Of a stretch of 23,226 nt of DNA, positions 22,506 through 23,226 are shown piece after piece. The number at the start of each line of letters is the position of its first letter. Position 1 is the first letter of the stretch. The position numbers and the translations under genes were made by a program. Source of the DNA: Promethearchaeota archaeon (GTDB lineage: Archaea; Asgardarchaeota; Odinarchaeia; Odinarchaeales; JBHLKK01); the NCBI GenBank assembly GCA_048939465.1, contig JBHLPL010000019.1:1-23226 (forward strand), in the 5' to 3' direction. The notes beneath the pieces were generated by a model. The model was not told where the DNA came from. It saw only the letters and a list, made by a program, of their open reading frames with translations, and searched no databases.

Positions 22506-23226
22506 TTGAGTGAGATAACCAATCCGCTGCTTAAGGAGCTTAGCCCTGTTGAAAGGAAAATATTCGAATTCTGGAAGGAATTATGGCCTGTAAGCGCATA
22601 TCAAGCTGGTCTCTCAAGGTACGCTGGAAAAATGCTTGTACCGACCGAGGAGAACATTGAAAGACTAAAGAAGAAGCTGACAGAGCTTAAGAAAGAAGCA
22701 GAAGATGAGATACAGATGAAATTCTTGGAGTCACTGGAGCAGTCTGTCAATTTCCGCTATCATGAACCGTATATGATTCCATCCACTGTCACAAACGTGT
22801 TCTTCTATCACATGGTGAAGGAGGGAATCCAGCGAGACCACATGATGGCTCTTGTGGATCTTGCAAGAGAATCATTGACCGCTTCAGAAGCGAGATTCAC
22901 AACCAAGGAATGGCCAGTTGAAATAAGAATCCTAACAAATATGAAGTGCAATGGTCTCAAGGGAATTCTCGAAGTAATGTCTGAGGAAACTAATGATCCT
23001 GAATTGAAGGAGGCATTCAGTAGTCTCAAGGAGGACACCGAGTCATATCTGAGCCACTTTAAGGTCGAGGGTATTAAGGAAGGAGATTTTACAGAGATAT
23101 TCCCTATTCTCAAAGAAAGAGGCGGGGATATTAAGCACAAAGAGATATACCCCGGCATTCTGGCAAAAGCTAACCGAAACATTTTGTACGTAGATGAAGT
23201 GAATCTATTAGATGATCATGTAGTAG
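22506..23226 (+). CDS. DUF885-like protein, N-terminal part only (runs off the window); last ~25 codons look foreign
   Basis: Open frame from TTG 22506 to the window end ([44 protein letters not shown]). The PVSAxxxG.xRY motif resembles the DUF885 N-terminus. Absent from the ORF track because no stop is reached. Confidence 0.6.
   Translation, partial: MSEITNPLLKELSPVERKIFEFWKELWPVSAYQAGLSRYAGKMLVPTEENIERLKKKLTELKKEAEDEIQMKFLESLEQSVNFRYHEPYMIPSTVTNVFFYHMVKEGIQRDHMMALVDLARESLTASEARFTTKEWPVEIRILTNMKCNGLKGILEVMSEETNDPELKEAFSSLKEDTESYLSHFKVEGIKEGDFTEIFPILKERGGDIKHKEIYPGILAKANRNILYVDEVNLLDDHVV

Noticed and set aside
22808-23182. 124-aa minus-strand ORF from the track
   Set aside because: Antisense to the uninterrupted plus-strand frame starting at 22506, which has protein-like composition and recognisable motifs.
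1-23226. CRISPR array, rRNA, intact IS element or prophage
   Set aside because: No regularly spaced repeats, rRNA signature sequences, transposase/integrase motifs or viral structural genes were seen.

Overview
A 23.2 kb archaeal segment, most likely from an Asgard archaeon. This is inferred from a Rab-like GTPase, a single-domain gelsolin, an E2F/DP-type winged helix, archaeal uS7 and SepCysS. The left part is metabolic: thyX, a larA / hypothetical / QueG-like Fe-S operon, and a radical SAM/SPASM enzyme. The centre (about 5.9-10.4 kb) is a dense cluster of eukaryote-like genes: gelsolin domain, PDCD5-like, coiled-coil/wHTH, E2F/DP-like, Rab-like, a 291-aa protein that by eye aligns along its length with kinetochore CENP-N/Chl4, and an AbrB-domain protein. 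Next come a tandem Lrp/AsnC-type regulator flanked by small unknown and partly paralogous genes, an isolated rps7, a cupin, a TPR-like protein, tusA and dsrE, SepCysS coupled to a DUF169 protein, DUF89, mobB-FeS and DUF1847. A frameshifted small CxxC gene follows, then a truncated DUF885-like gene whose last ~76 nt switch to a Mg-chelatase-like AAA+ motif (probable chimeric contig end). I found no CRISPR array, rRNA, complete tRNA or intact transposase. All family assignments come from motif recognition and recalled reference sequences; no searches were run.
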